Shown: positions 17,878-27,962 of the stretch, piece by piece | Layout of the letters: each line of letters opens with the position of its first letter | Numbering within the stretch: the stretch's first letter is position 1 | Source of the DNA: Spirochaetia bacterium | GTDB taxonomy: Bacteria; Spirochaetota; Spirochaetia; SZUA-6; Bin103 | Direction of reading: 5' to 3' | DNA: 64,000 nt | Assembly (NCBI GenBank): GCA_965203905.1 | Contig: CBDBDQ010000005.1 | Span: 640,001 to 704,000 of the forward strand | Program-made: the position numbers and the translations under genes | Notes under the pieces: generated by a model | What the model saw: only the letters and a program-made list of their open reading frames with translations | Told to the model about the DNA's origin: nothing | Database searches by the model: none

Positions 17878-20009
17878 CGGCCCGAGCGCACGTAGAGGTC
17901 GGTGAATTCGACCGGCCCTCCCAGGGTACGCAGCGCAACGGTATCGGCGGCGCGCCCGGCGATCGCGTCGGAGACGGCTACCTTGAACTGCTCCGCGCCG
18001 TCCACCAGCACCGCGATCGAGCCGTGACACGGGGCGTCACCCATCGTCTCCGGACAGTCGTTCGGGTCGTAGAGCGCCTCCAGCGTCAACTCGGAGGACA
18101 ACGCCCGCTCGATGTTCCGGCTCTTGCGCCACACCAGCCGATTGCCGTCCAGCGACTCGTAGAGCTGCACCTGCGTCTCGTCGGTGTCGTAGAAACCGGG
18201 CTCACGCGTCACCCACACGAGGTAGGAGTGGCCGAAGTTCCAGGTGTTGCCGGAATCGGGGGTTCCGGAAGCGAGGAAGTGCAGCCCGTAGCCTACCCGC
18301 GCACCGCCGTCGACCCGAGCCGTCAAACCGTAGAGCGTGAGCGCCTCCGATTGTGCCACGTCGGCGACCGCGAACTTGGCATGGCTGGCCTCGGAATCGG
18401 TCTGAGCTACCGTCCCGGCAACGGTCATCGACCAGGCCCCCTCGCCCGGCAATGGCGCGCCGGCCCCGAAGCCGCTGACGAGGCTGGCGGCAGCGGCAGA
18501 GCTCAGCAGGTCGTCGCGCTTCAACTCGGCGGCGGTTCTGACCCGGTGTCCCTGTTCCTGGGCCGCTCCGACAATGGATCCGTCCAGACTGAACCGCAGG
18601 GAGAAGGTGTATGCGGCACCGCCGATCCCGACGTTGGACACGACCAGCGTGTCGGGAGCTACCACTTCCAGGGCCGGAGTGGACAGGTCCACGTCCGGAA
18701 TCCGCCCTGCGCTGGCATCGTACAGCGCCTCCAGTATGCCCTGGTTGCCTCCCAGGTAGCGCATGCGGGCGGCGAACGTCCCGTTCCCGTAACCGATACC
18801 CGTTATGTAGATCGAATCGGGACCGGCAACCGACAACCGGGCCGCGTCGAGCGAAATCAGATCGAGGTCCAGCCCGGCGGGCACCATCACGCGGCGGCCG
18901 CGGAGATCCTCGATCTGGGCCTGCACCTCTGCCGTTGCGGCGGCGGCCGCCTCCGCCTGGCGCATCGCCGCGGCGGCCGCGGCCTCGGCGGCGGCTGCGG
19001 CGGCCTGTGCGGCAGCCACCTCGGCGGTGGCCGCGGCCTCGGCGGCGGCCGCCGCTCGTGCTTCGGCCAGCGCAGCGGCAGCGGCGGCTTCCGCATCGGC
19101 AAGCCGCTCCGCCGCGGTCGGCGGCAGCTCTACCCGTTGAATCCCGGCCACCTCCAGGCGATTGTCGCCGGCGTGGCGCAACTGCCCGGAGTATCCCTTG
19201 CCGCCCACCTCGACGTACGCGATGTCCAGCACATCGGGCGGTACGAACGCCAGCTCCGTTTGCGCCAGGCCGACCGTGACGGGAATCAGCATCCCCTCGG
19301 GACCGAACACCTGCTCCACGATAGCGGTGGTGCCTCCCTGATACTTCAGGAGCGCGGAGTAGTCCTTCCCGCCATACCTGATCGACGAGACGTAGACCGA
19401 ATCGGGCCCCGCCAGGGACACCCGCGCGGAATCGAGGTCCAACCGGCTCAGGTCGAGTCGATCCGCGGCTACCGTCAACGCCGAAGCCGGCTGCGCCGCC
19501 ATCATCATGTCGATCTTGGCCTGCGCTTCCGTGGCCGCCGCCCGCGCCGCGGCAACCTGATCCCTTGCCGCGGCGGCTTCCGCGAGGGCCGAATCGCGTT
19601 CCGCCTGCGCCGCGGCCACGGCAGTGCCCGCATCGGCTCGTGCCGCAGCGGCAGCTTCCTGCGCTGCGCCAATCTGGGCTTTCGCTTCGGCGATCATCTG
19701 CTCGGCGGCCTGCGCCTCGGCCTGCGCCGCGGCCTGCGCCTCGCCAAGCTCCATCCGCGCATCACCCGCCTCCGTCTCGAGTCCGGCGACCGTTGCTTCC
19801 AGCGCGGCTACCTCCGCTTCCAGGGCGGCAACCCGTTGCTCCGCCGGTGAGGGTTCGGCGGCCGTTTCCTCCGCCTCCGGGGCCGGCTCCGAAGCCGACT
19901 CCGGCGCCGACTCGTCGACCCCGACGCCTGCCGGGGAAACACAACCTGTCTGGATAACCAGAGCGCCTGCGATGGCAAGTAAGGTGAGACCGAGACCCTT
20001 GTGGAGCAT
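17874..20009 (-). CDS. Uncharacterised lipoprotein with Ala-rich coiled coils and repeated beta domains
   Basis: Signal peptide ending 'IQTGC'; two Ala/Glu-rich stalks; duplicated domain 'LD.AR.S.AGPDS.Y...I.YG'; RBS GGAGGG upstream. Confidence 0.75.
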   Translation of the reverse strand: MLHKGLGLTLLAIAGALVIQTGCVSPAGVGVDESAPESASEPAPEAEETAAEPSPAEQRVAALEAEVAALEATVAGLETEAGDARMELGEAQAAAQAEAQAAEQMIAEAKAQIGAAQEAAAAARADAGTAVAAAQAERDSALAEAAAARDQVAAARAAATEAQAKIDMMMAAQPASALTVAADRLDLSRLDLDSARVSLAGPDSVYVSSIRYGGKDYSALLKYQGGTTAIVEQVFGPEGMLIPVTVGLAQTELAFVPPDVLDIAYVEVGGKGYSGQLRHAGDNRLEVAGIQRVELPPTAAERLADAEAAAAAALAEARAAAAAEAAATAEVAAAQAAAAAAEAAAAAAMRQAEAAAAATAEVQAQIEDLRGRRVMVPAGLDLDLISLDAARLSVAGPDSIYITGIGYGNGTFAARMRYLGGNQGILEALYDASAGRIPDVDLSTPALEVVAPDTLVVSNVGIGGAAYTFSLRFSLDGSIVGAAQEQGHRVRTAAELKRDDLLSSAAAASLVSGFGAGAPLPGEGAWSMTVAGTVAQTDSEASHAKFAVADVAQSEALTLYGLTARVDGGARVGYGLHFLASGTPDSGNTWNFGHSYLVWVTREPGFYDTDETQVQLYESLDGNRLVWRKSRNIERALSSELTLEALYDPNDCPETMGDAPCHGSIAVLVDGAEQFKVAVSDAIAGRAADTVALRTLGGPVEFTDLYVRSGR

Positions 20010-20168
20010 TAGATGTTCCCTCCGTTTATCCTGAGGCAGGTTCCGAACCGGAGCGACGGTTCAGCGACTGATCATTTCGCGAACGGCAAGCCTTGTCAAA
20101 CGCGGTATGCACTAATGTCCCGTTCCGCGCTTCGCACACCTTGGCCACCACCACTACTATCGGTGCAG

Positions 20169-21113
20169 ATGCCGCCGTTCGCCGTGATCCTGGTGCTGCT
20201 CTCTACCGTGCTGCACGCGAGCTGGAACATCCTCGCCAAGCGCGGCAGTGCGACGCCGGAACTGTTCCCGCGCGTCCTGGCGGCGGTTGCCATTCCCGGT
20301 CTCGTGATCGGGCTGCTGGCGGAGTGGCGCAGCACGGCGCTGCTGCCGCACATCTGGCCCCTGGTGCTGGCCGCCGGGGCCTGCCAGGCGGCGTACTTTG
20401 TGGGCCTGACCCTGGGCTACCGCGCCGGCGACCTGAGCCTGGTCTATCCGTTGGTGCGCGCCCTCCCGGTCCTGCTGATAGGGTTCTTCGACGTGGCCCG
20501 CGGTCAGCCTCCGGGCGCTGCCGGCTGGTCCGGTCTGCTGCTGGTTCTCGGCGGTTGTCTGCTGGTGGCACTGCCTGCAGCCCGGCAGCACACCGGTGCC
20601 GGCGCGCCCGCGACGCCGCAGGCTGCCGGGAGTCGGCCGCGGGCGGCCGTGGGCTGGGCCGTGCTAGCCGCGCTCGGCACGGTCGGTTATACGGTGTTCG
20701 ACAAATTTGCCGCCGATGCGATCACCGTGACCGGCGGCATGGGAGCCGCTGCCGCGTTCCGTTACGGTCTCTGGGAATTCACCATCTGCGCGGCGTGCTT
20801 CCTGCCGCTGATGTCCGTAATCAACCGCGGCAGTGCGCGGCGTCAGGCTCCGCCGCAGCACTCCCGTGCCGCCGGCCGCATGCACGGCGTCCTCATCGCG
20901 ACGCTGATGTACGTCACCTACGCGCTGGTGCTGTGGGCCTACCAACTGAGCTGGCAGACCAGTTACGTGGTGGCGCTGCGGCAGTTCAGCATCGTGCTTG
21001 GCGTAGTGGTGGGCGCGCTGCTGCTGCGCGAGGCGGCACCTGCGACGCGAGTCGCCGGCGCCGTGGTCATCGTAGGAGGCGTTGCAGTGCTCACGTTCGC
21101 CGGCGCGCTCTGA
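20169..21113 (+). CDS. EamA/DMT family transporter
   Basis: 'LHASWN', 'GY..GDLSLVYPL.R', 'YVVALRQFSI', about ten hydrophobic helices. Confidence 0.88.
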   Translation: MPPFAVILVLLSTVLHASWNILAKRGSATPELFPRVLAAVAIPGLVIGLLAEWRSTALLPHIWPLVLAAGACQAAYFVGLTLGYRAGDLSLVYPLVRALPVLLIGFFDVARGQPPGAAGWSGLLLVLGGCLLVALPAARQHTGAGAPATPQAAGSRPRAAVGWAVLAALGTVGYTVFDKFAADAITVTGGMGAAAAFRYGLWEFTICAACFLPLMSVINRGSARRQAPPQHSRAAGRMHGVLIATLMYVTYALVLWAYQLSWQTSYVVALRQFSIVLGVVVGALLLREAAPATRVAGAVVIVGGVAVLTFAGAL

Positions 21114-21223
21114 CGCCGGTAACGCGATTGACACGAGGAAACGCGGGCCGCAGGGTCGACAGAACGCGCCGATTCGGGACAATGGCAACCGGCCCGACAC
21201 CTTCCAACCGAGGAGCGCCAGCA

Positions 21224-22135
21224 ATGGACAGCCTTGACAAACTTCCCTTCACCCAGCCTGGTAATTGGTACCGCGGCAATCTGCACACTCATTCCACCGC
21301 ATCGGACGGACGCAAGACTCCCGCCGAGGTGTGCGCCTTCTATCGTACCCAGGGCTACGACTTCATCAGCCTCACCGATCACTTCCTGGAGACCTACCGG
21401 TTCCCAATCACCGACACGACCCCCTACCGCGGCGACGGGTTCACCACCATCCTGGGAGCGGAGCTGCACGCGCCGGCTACCAGCCTGGGCGAGAACTGGC
21501 ACATCCTGGCCGTGGGGCTGCCCGCCGACTTCGCTGCAACGGGCGCAGAGGAAACCGGACCGCAACTGGCGGATCGGGCCAAGGCGGCCGGCGCCTACGT
21601 GGCCGCCGCCCATCCCGCGTGGTACGACCTGACCGATGCGGACGTGCTCTCGGTGCCGGCTGCGGGCGCCATCGAAATCGTCAACACCACGTGCGCGGTT
21701 GCCAACGGCAAGGGGGACAGCACCGGCTACATCGACCGCCTGCTCAGCCAGGGGCACTACTACCAGATCATCGCCACCGACGATGCCCACTTCCACCGGC
21801 CCGACTGGTGCCGCAACTGGGTGATGGTACGCAGCGAGAGCCTCGATCCCGCGCGCCTGCTCGCGGCGCTGCACGGCGGCGACTTCTATTCCAGCCAGGG
21901 TCCGGAGATCCTGGAGGTCACGCCGCTCCAGGGTGGCGCGAAGCTGGCGGTGCGCACGTCACCGGTGCGTGCCATGCGCCTCACCGGCCGCGGCGCCGCC
22001 GCCTCCGTCGTAGCGGGAGACGCCGACATCACCACGGCGGAGCTGAGCCTGGAAGCGGTCCAGGGGCCTTACGCCCGGCTCACCGTCACCGATCGTGACG
22101 GCCTGCGCGCCTGGACCAACCCCATCCCCGTGTAA
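21224..22135 (+). CDS. PHP-domain metallohydrolase (CehA/McbA-like)
   Basis: 'GNLHTHST.SDG', 'GYDF...TDH', 'AHP.W', 'IEI.N', 'DDAH', 'WTNPI'. Confidence 0.88.
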   Translation: MDSLDKLPFTQPGNWYRGNLHTHSTASDGRKTPAEVCAFYRTQGYDFISLTDHFLETYRFPITDTTPYRGDGFTTILGAELHAPATSLGENWHILAVGLPADFAATGAEETGPQLADRAKAAGAYVAAAHPAWYDLTDADVLSVPAAGAIEIVNTTCAVANGKGDSTGYIDRLLSQGHYYQIIATDDAHFHRPDWCRNWVMVRSESLDPARLLAALHGGDFYSSQGPEILEVTPLQGGAKLAVRTSPVRAMRLTGRGAAASVVAGDADITTAELSLEAVQGPYARLTVTDRDGLRAWTNPIPV

Positions 22136-22418
22136 ACTCTCGTGTAAACCCGCGCGCGGCGACGACGCTCGCCGCAGCGCCGCCCTCCTTCGCGGCGCTT
22201 GCCGCCCGCATCGATGTCCGGACCGACTGGCCAACTCCTTGACAATCGCTCGGCGGTGCTCTTGGATAATCCCCATCTGTCACCCATGAGGGGCGAGCAC
22301 GTGCCGAGGGACCGCGCCTCGCCGCGATCGGATGTTCGCTGACAAGAAACGCGGACCGGCCTATGGAACAGGATGCCGGTCTCAGGAACAGCATCCTCCC
22401 GGCCGTATGGAGACACAG

Positions 22419-24263
22419 ATGAGACGACTCTCAATCGTCGCCGTCAGCCTGCTGCTGCTGCTGGCGCTGGGCGGCACCTACTCGGTGGCGCAGACCTACC
22501 AGGAGGCGCCGATGCTCAGCGCCATGGTGGCGGCGGGCGAGTTGCCGCCCGTGGGGCAACGGCTGCCCAAGGAACCCTACGTAGGAATCGACCAGGTTCC
22601 GGTTTCCGATCTGCAGGGAGGGAGACTCGAGATCGGTCGCTACGGGGGCATCATCAAGGGCGACACCCCGCACAACCAGTGGCGCATCGAGGCGATCGGC
22701 AAGAAGGGAGTCCGCTTCGACCCACAGGAGGCCTATCCCCACTTCTTCAAGGACTTCTCGGTCTCGCCGGACGGCAAGGTCTACTCCTTCACCCTGCGCG
22801 AAGGCCTGAAGTGGAGCGACGGCATGCCGCACACCACCGAGGACGTCCGCTTCTGGTACGAGGACGTGCTCCTGAACGGCGACCTGACGCCTTCGATTCG
22901 CATCGACTTCATGTCGGGAAGCCGGGGCGATGCCGAGGTGATGAAGCTGAACGTGGTCGACGAGTCCACCTTCGAGTTCATCTACGACGAGACCCCGTGG
23001 GACCTGCTGCAGTACTTCTCCCACGTCGACTGGGATCCGGTGGCGTACTCCAAGTCGTTCTTCTCCCAGTACCACGCGGACTACACGCCGGTGGCGGAGA
23101 TCGATGAAGCGGCGGTCGAGCATGGCTTCGAGAAGGGCGAGTGGGCGAAACTGTTCCGCCACCTGAGCGGCTGGCCCAAGCTGCCCACTACCCTGCCCAC
23201 CATCAGCCCGTTCCTGCTCAAGGAGAACAATGCGCAGCAGATGGTGTGGGAGCGCAACCCCTACTACTGGAAGGTGGACGCGGCCAACAACCAGCTTCCC
23301 TACCTGGACGGGTGGGTCTGGGTGAAGACCGCCGACACCGAGGCCATGAACATGCAGATCATCGCCGGTGAGATCGACCTGGCGCACCAGACGCCGGACG
23401 CCGCCAGCGCCGCCCTCTACAAGCAGTACGGCGACGACAAGGGCTACGACGTGCGGTTGCTGAAAGACCACTTCGCGGCCGCCGAGTTCTTCCTCAACCT
23501 GACCAACGAGGATCCCAACTGGCGCCAGGTGGTGCGCGACATCAGGTTCCGCAAGGCGGTGAGCATGGCGCTCGACCGGCAGCGCATCATCGACACCGTA
23601 TACGCCGGCTTCGCGGGTCCCCCTCGAACCGTGGCGATTCCCGCCTACGACCCGGACGGCGCCAATCGGTTGCTCGACGAGATGGGACTCGACAAGAAGG
23701 ACAGCGACGGTTTCCGGCTGGGACCGAACGGCGAACGGTTCGAGATCTTCATCGAGCACACCACCTGGTACCCGGAGATGAAGGTGATGCCGGAGGCGAT
23801 CAAGTCGGAGCTGGAGAAGGTGGGCATCGCGGTGCGCACCCAGCTCCGCGAGGGCGGGCTGTTCTGGGAGCGGCACAACTCCAACCAGCTCTACGCCGGC
23901 AACCTGTGGTTCCATCACGGCATCTGGCCGTACCACTGGTACGAAGACTTCCTCGGCATCCGCTGGGCGCAGCAGTGGTTCAACTGGTCGAAGTCGGGAG
24001 GCATGCAGGGCGAAGAACCGCCGCCCGAGTACCAGGAGCTGTGGGAGCTGCACCGGCAGATGAAGACTTCGCAGGACTACGCCGAGCGTGATCGGCTGTG
24101 GACGGAGATCCAGAACAAGCTGAGCGAGAACCTGTTCTGGATTCCGATCATCGAGTACGCCGAGAAACCGGCCATCGTCAACAAGAAGCTGGGCAACACC
24201 GTGGTCACCGGCTACACCAACTTCAACAACTACCACCTGGAGCTGATCTACTGGAAAGAGTAG
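22419..24263 (+). CDS. ABC transporter substrate-binding protein, family 5
   Basis: Signal peptide; 'EAPML..MV..G.LPPV..RLP', 'LREGLKWSDG.P.T..DV.FWY', 'RNPYYWKVD..NQLPYLD'. Confidence 0.92.
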   Translation: MRRLSIVAVSLLLLLALGGTYSVAQTYQEAPMLSAMVAAGELPPVGQRLPKEPYVGIDQVPVSDLQGGRLEIGRYGGIIKGDTPHNQWRIEAIGKKGVRFDPQEAYPHFFKDFSVSPDGKVYSFTLREGLKWSDGMPHTTEDVRFWYEDVLLNGDLTPSIRIDFMSGSRGDAEVMKLNVVDESTFEFIYDETPWDLLQYFSHVDWDPVAYSKSFFSQYHADYTPVAEIDEAAVEHGFEKGEWAKLFRHLSGWPKLPTTLPTISPFLLKENNAQQMVWERNPYYWKVDAANNQLPYLDGWVWVKTADTEAMNMQIIAGEIDLAHQTPDAASAALYKQYGDDKGYDVRLLKDHFAAAEFFLNLTNEDPNWRQVVRDIRFRKAVSMALDRQRIIDTVYAGFAGPPRTVAIPAYDPDGANRLLDEMGLDKKDSDGFRLGPNGERFEIFIEHTTWYPEMKVMPEAIKSELEKVGIAVRTQLREGGLFWERHNSNQLYAGNLWFHHGIWPYHWYEDFLGIRWAQQWFNWSKSGGMQGEEPPPEYQELWELHRQMKTSQDYAERDRLWTEIQNKLSENLFWIPIIEYAEKPAIVNKKLGNTVVTGYTNFNNYHLELIYWKE

Positions 24264-24278
24264 GTTCCTGGTGGGCGA

Positions 24279-24316
24279 CCCGAGGTTCGAGCTCCAGACC
24301 GGGTTCGGGCCTCGGG
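24279..24316 (+). other. Intergenic stem-loop after the SBP gene (mRNA stabiliser or attenuator)
   Basis: CCCGAGG(24279)/CCTCGGG(24316) arms with inner G-U-containing pairing; no U-tract. Confidence 0.5.
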
Positions 24317-24326
24317 CCGGCGTAAC

Positions 24327-25325
24327 GTGCTTCCCTTCATCACCCAGAGAGTCGTCATTCTGGCGGCGCTCCTGATCGTGCTCTCCATCGTCTCGTTCAT
24401 CCTGATCGAGTTGCCGCCGGGCGATTTTCTGACCACCTACGTCGAGCGCTTGAAGATCGAAGGCCACGAGGTCTCGAAGGACGAGGTGGAGAAGCTGTCG
24501 CAGATCTACGGCCTCGACCAGCCCGTCCACACCAGGTACCTGCTATGGGTCCGCAAGATCGTCCTGCGCGGCGACTTCGGGCGCTCGCTGCAACACGACC
24601 GGCCGGTCAACGAGCTGATCAAGGAACGGCTGCTGCTCACGGTGGTGATCTCGCTCTGCACCATCGTCGTGGTGTGGCTGATCGCCGTTCCCATCGGTGT
24701 CTACTCGGCGACCCGTCAATACAGCTTCTTCGACTACTTCTGGACCTTCGTCGGGGTGGTCGGCCTGGGCACGCCCAACTTCCTCCTCGCCCTGCTGGTG
24801 ATGTGGCTGGCATTTCTGTGGCTCGGCATCAGTGCCGTCGGCATCCAGTCGCCGGAGTTCATCAGCGCGCCCTGGAGCGTGGCCCGCGTCATCGACCTGC
24901 TCAAGCGCGTCTGGGTTCCGGTGGCCGTGATCGGCCTGACCAGCACCGCGGGCCTGATCCGCATCATGCGCGGCACGCTGCTGGACGAGCTCAAGAAGGC
25001 GTACGTGATCGTGGCTCGCGCCAAGGGCCTGGGCGAAGGCCGGATCGTCTTCAAGTATTCGCTGCGCATCGCCATCAACCCGCTGATCAGCACCATCGGC
25101 TGGATGCTGCCGGCCATATTCTCGGGGGAGGCGCTGGTCTCCATCGTGCTCAACCTGCACACCATCGGCCCCCTGCTGCTGCAGGCGCTGCTCAACCAGG
25201 ACATGTTCCTGGCCGGCAGCATCGTGTTGATCCTTGGCTTCCTGACCCTGGTCGGCACCCTCGTCTCCGACATCATGCTGGTGTGGGTCGATCCGCGCAT
25301 CCGCTTCGCGGGAGTCACCCGCTGA
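24327..25325 (+). CDS. ABC permease (OppB/DppB-like)
   Basis: 'LPPGDF', 'YGLDQP', 'GDFGRS', EAA loop 'ARAKGL', 'DPRIR'; GTG start. Confidence 0.92.
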   Translation: MLPFITQRVVILAALLIVLSIVSFILIELPPGDFLTTYVERLKIEGHEVSKDEVEKLSQIYGLDQPVHTRYLLWVRKIVLRGDFGRSLQHDRPVNELIKERLLLTVVISLCTIVVVWLIAVPIGVYSATRQYSFFDYFWTFVGVVGLGTPNFLLALLVMWLAFLWLGISAVGIQSPEFISAPWSVARVIDLLKRVWVPVAVIGLTSTAGLIRIMRGTLLDELKKAYVIVARAKGLGEGRIVFKYSLRIAINPLISTIGWMLPAIFSGEALVSIVLNLHTIGPLLLQALLNQDMFLAGSIVLILGFLTLVGTLVSDIMLVWVDPRIRFAGVTR

Positions 25326-25326
25326 C

Positions 25327-26418
25327 ATGGCAGAGCGCGAGGAACGCTACTACTACGCCTCCCAGTTCACCCTCATGTGGTGGAAATTCAAGAAGCACCG
25401 GCTGGCGCTGGCGGCGGTCGTCATCCTGGCCGGGTTCTATCTGATCGCCATCGGCGCCGAGTTCATCGCTCCGTACACGCCCACCACCGACTCCGAGTAC
25501 CTGTTCGTGCCGCCCTCCAAGGTGCACTTCGTGGATGCCGGAGAGGGCCTGCAACGGCCCTTCGTCTATGGCCTTGACCGCACCCGCGACCGCGAGACCC
25601 TGCGCTGGGTGTACCAGGAGGACCAGGAGCAGAAGCACGTCATCCGCCTGTTCGTGCGCGGGGTCGACTACAAGCTGTGGAACCTGTTCCGCACCGACCT
25701 GCACCTGTTCGGCACCGAGGACGGCCCGTTCTTCATCTTCGGCACCGACCGCTTCGGCCGGGACCTGTTCTCACGGGTGATCTACGGCACCCGGATTTCG
25801 ATCACCATCTGCCTGGTCGGGATCCTGCTCAGCTTCGTGATCGGACTCGCGCTCGGCGGCATCTCGGGCTACTTCGGCGGGCTCGCCGACAACCTGATCC
25901 AACGCGTCATCGAGTTCCTCATCTCGATTCCCACCATCCCCCTGTGGATGGCGCTGGCCGCCGCGGTGCCGCGCGACTGGCCGGTGGTCAAGACCTACTT
26001 CGCCATCACCGTGTTCTTCTCCATCATCGGCTGGACCGGGCTGGCGCGCGTGGTGCGCGGCAAGCTGCTGGCGCTGCGCGAGGATGATTTCACCGTCGCC
26101 GCCCGCATCGTCGGCGCCAGCGAGACGCGCATCATCTGGCGCCACCTGCTGCCCTCGTTCTTCAGCTACATCATCGTCCAGCTCACCCTCACCATGCCGG
26201 CCATGATCATGGGCGAGACCGCCCTGAGCTTCATCGGCCTGGGCATGCAGCCGCCCGCCGTGAGCTGGGGGGTGCTGCTGCAGGACGCGCAGCAACTGGT
26301 GTCGATCGCCCATTTCCCCTGGCTGCTGCTGCCGGCGTTGTTCGTCATCGTGACCGTGCTGTCGTTCAACTTTCTCGGAGACGGTCTGCGCGATGCCGCG
26401 GACCCCTACACCACGTGA
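25327..26418 (+). CDS. ABC permease (OppC/DppC-like)
   Basis: 'GTDRFGRDLFSR', 'AARIVGAS', 'ETALSFIGLG', 'GDGLRDAADP'. Confidence 0.92.
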   Translation: MAEREERYYYASQFTLMWWKFKKHRLALAAVVILAGFYLIAIGAEFIAPYTPTTDSEYLFVPPSKVHFVDAGEGLQRPFVYGLDRTRDRETLRWVYQEDQEQKHVIRLFVRGVDYKLWNLFRTDLHLFGTEDGPFFIFGTDRFGRDLFSRVIYGTRISITICLVGILLSFVIGLALGGISGYFGGLADNLIQRVIEFLISIPTIPLWMALAAAVPRDWPVVKTYFAITVFFSIIGWTGLARVVRGKLLALREDDFTVAARIVGASETRIIWRHLLPSFFSYIIVQLTLTMPAMIMGETALSFIGLGMQPPAVSWGVLLQDAQQLVSIAHFPWLLLPALFVIVTVLSFNFLGDGLRDAADPYTT

Positions 26419-27962
26419 GCAAGAACCTGATCAACGACACCGAGCTGGCGCTGCGCAGCGCCCGGCAACTGCAGGAGCGGCTCGCCCGCGATCCCTACCG
26501 GCCGCGCTTCCACTTCCTGCCACCGGGCGGATGGCTCAACGATCCCAACGGGGCGCTCTACTGGCGCGGCCGCTATCACCTGTTCTACCAGTACTACCCG
26601 GACGCCGCGTACTCGGTGCTCGAGCATCGCGACGGCAGCCAGGAGCACCTGCGGATCTGCTGGGGCCACGCCTCCAGCAGCGACCTCATCCACTGGGAGC
26701 ACCACCCCGTCGCGTTGCAGCCGTCGCTGCCAGGCGTGGACGACAGGGCCTGCTTCAGCGGCCACGTGGTCGACAACGACGGCGTGGCGACGATGATCTA
26801 CTGCGGCATTCCCGGAGGGAGCTGCATCGCCACCAGCAGCGACTACCGGCTGGAGCGCTGGTCCAAGCACCCGCGCGTCGTGATCCCCCGGCCGCGGCCG
26901 GGCGAGCCGGAGCACGGCAGGTACGGGGCCTGCGACCCCTGCATGTGGCGGGAGGGCGACCGCTGGTATGCGCTGTGCGGCTTCCGCAGCCCGCGGGGCG
27001 GCGATACCGCCAGCCTGTTCCGCTCGCACGACACCCTGCACTGGGAGTTCGTGCACGACTTCTACGAGTCGCGGCGGGACTGGACCAGCGCGCGCGACGA
27101 CTGCGCGGTACCCGACTTCTTTCCGTTGGGCGACACCCACATGCTGCTGTTCATGAGCCACGAGACCGGCGCCCAGTACTACCTCGGGGATTGGCGCGAC
27201 GAGACCTTCCATCCCGAGGCTCACGGGCACATGAACTGGGCCGGAGGGCAACTGAACGCCCCGAAGAGCCTGCTGGACGCCAGTGGCCGGCGCCTGATGT
27301 GGGGCTGGGTGTGCGAAGCGCGCACCAAGGACGCGCAGCGCGCGGCGGGGTGGGCCGGCATGCTGTCACTGCCGCGCGTGCTGTCCCTCGATGCAGCGGG
27401 CGGTCTGCTGATCGAGCCGGCCGCGGAACTGCAGGTGCTGCGCCGCCACCACCGCCGCTGGACTGACCTGCGCCTCGGCGGCGACCACCCCATCCCCGAA
27501 GTGCAGGGAGACTGCCTGGAGCTGGCGCTGGAGTGCGACCCGGGCGACGCCGGCGAGGTCGGGGTTCGCGTCCGCTGCGCCCCCGACGGCAGCGAGTCCA
27601 CCGCCATCTCCTACCGCGCCGCGGCCGGTGAACTGGTGATCGATACCAGCGCCTCCAGCCGCCGTGGCGACCTGATGCAGCCGTGGCCGCGTCCGTGGGC
27701 GGCGCTGTTCAGCGATCCGGTCAGCAAGCTGCCCGCCACCGAGCAGGTGTACGTGCAGCGGGCGCCGCTGGCGCTGCAGCCGCGGGAGCCGCTCAAGCTG
27801 CGCGTGTTCATCGACCGCTCGGTGATCGAGGTGTTCGCCAACGACCGCCAATGCATGACCCAGCGCATCTACCCGGCGCGCCGCGACAGCCTGGGCCTGG
27901 CCCTGTTCAGCAACGGGGGCAACGCGCGCTGCACCACCCTCGACGCCTGGGACCTGGACTGA
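26415..27962 (+). CDS. Glycoside hydrolase family 32 protein
   Basis: 'RPRFHF', 'WLNDPNG', 'WGHASS.DLIHW', 'CFSG', 'LPRVL', 'LRVFIDRSVIEVF'. Confidence 0.9.
   Translation: MSKNLINDTELALRSARQLQERLARDPYRPRFHFLPPGGWLNDPNGALYWRGRYHLFYQYYPDAAYSVLEHRDGSQEHLRICWGHASSSDLIHWEHHPVALQPSLPGVDDRACFSGHVVDNDGVATMIYCGIPGGSCIATSSDYRLERWSKHPRVVIPRPRPGEPEHGRYGACDPCMWREGDRWYALCGFRSPRGGDTASLFRSHDTLHWEFVHDFYESRRDWTSARDDCAVPDFFPLGDTHMLLFMSHETGAQYYLGDWRDETFHPEAHGHMNWAGGQLNAPKSLLDASGRRLMWGWVCEARTKDAQRAAGWAGMLSLPRVLSLDAAGGLLIEPAAELQVLRRHHRRWTDLRLGGDHPIPEVQGDCLELALECDPGDAGEVGVRVRCAPDGSESTAISYRAAAGELVIDTSASSRRGDLMQPWPRPWAALFSDPVSKLPATEQVYVQRAPLALQPREPLKLRVFIDRSVIEVFANDRQCMTQRIYPARRDSLGLALFSNGGNARCTTLDAWDLD

Noticed and set aside
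18930-19760. GCC/GCG-rich runs as tandem DNA repeats or an array
   Set aside because: Explained by Ala-rich coiled-coil coding.
22129-22270. CGTGTAAAC direct repeat and TTGACA...GATAAT promoter
   Set aside because: Only two 9-bp copies, one overlapping a stop codon; the promoter spacer is 20 bp, too weak to call.
22431-24530. Long antisense and alternate-frame ORFs (e.g. 22431-24530, 47973-49661, 49765-51465, 55520-57394, 18024-19850)
   Set aside because: Shadows of real genes caused by high-GC codon bias; no recognisable motifs.
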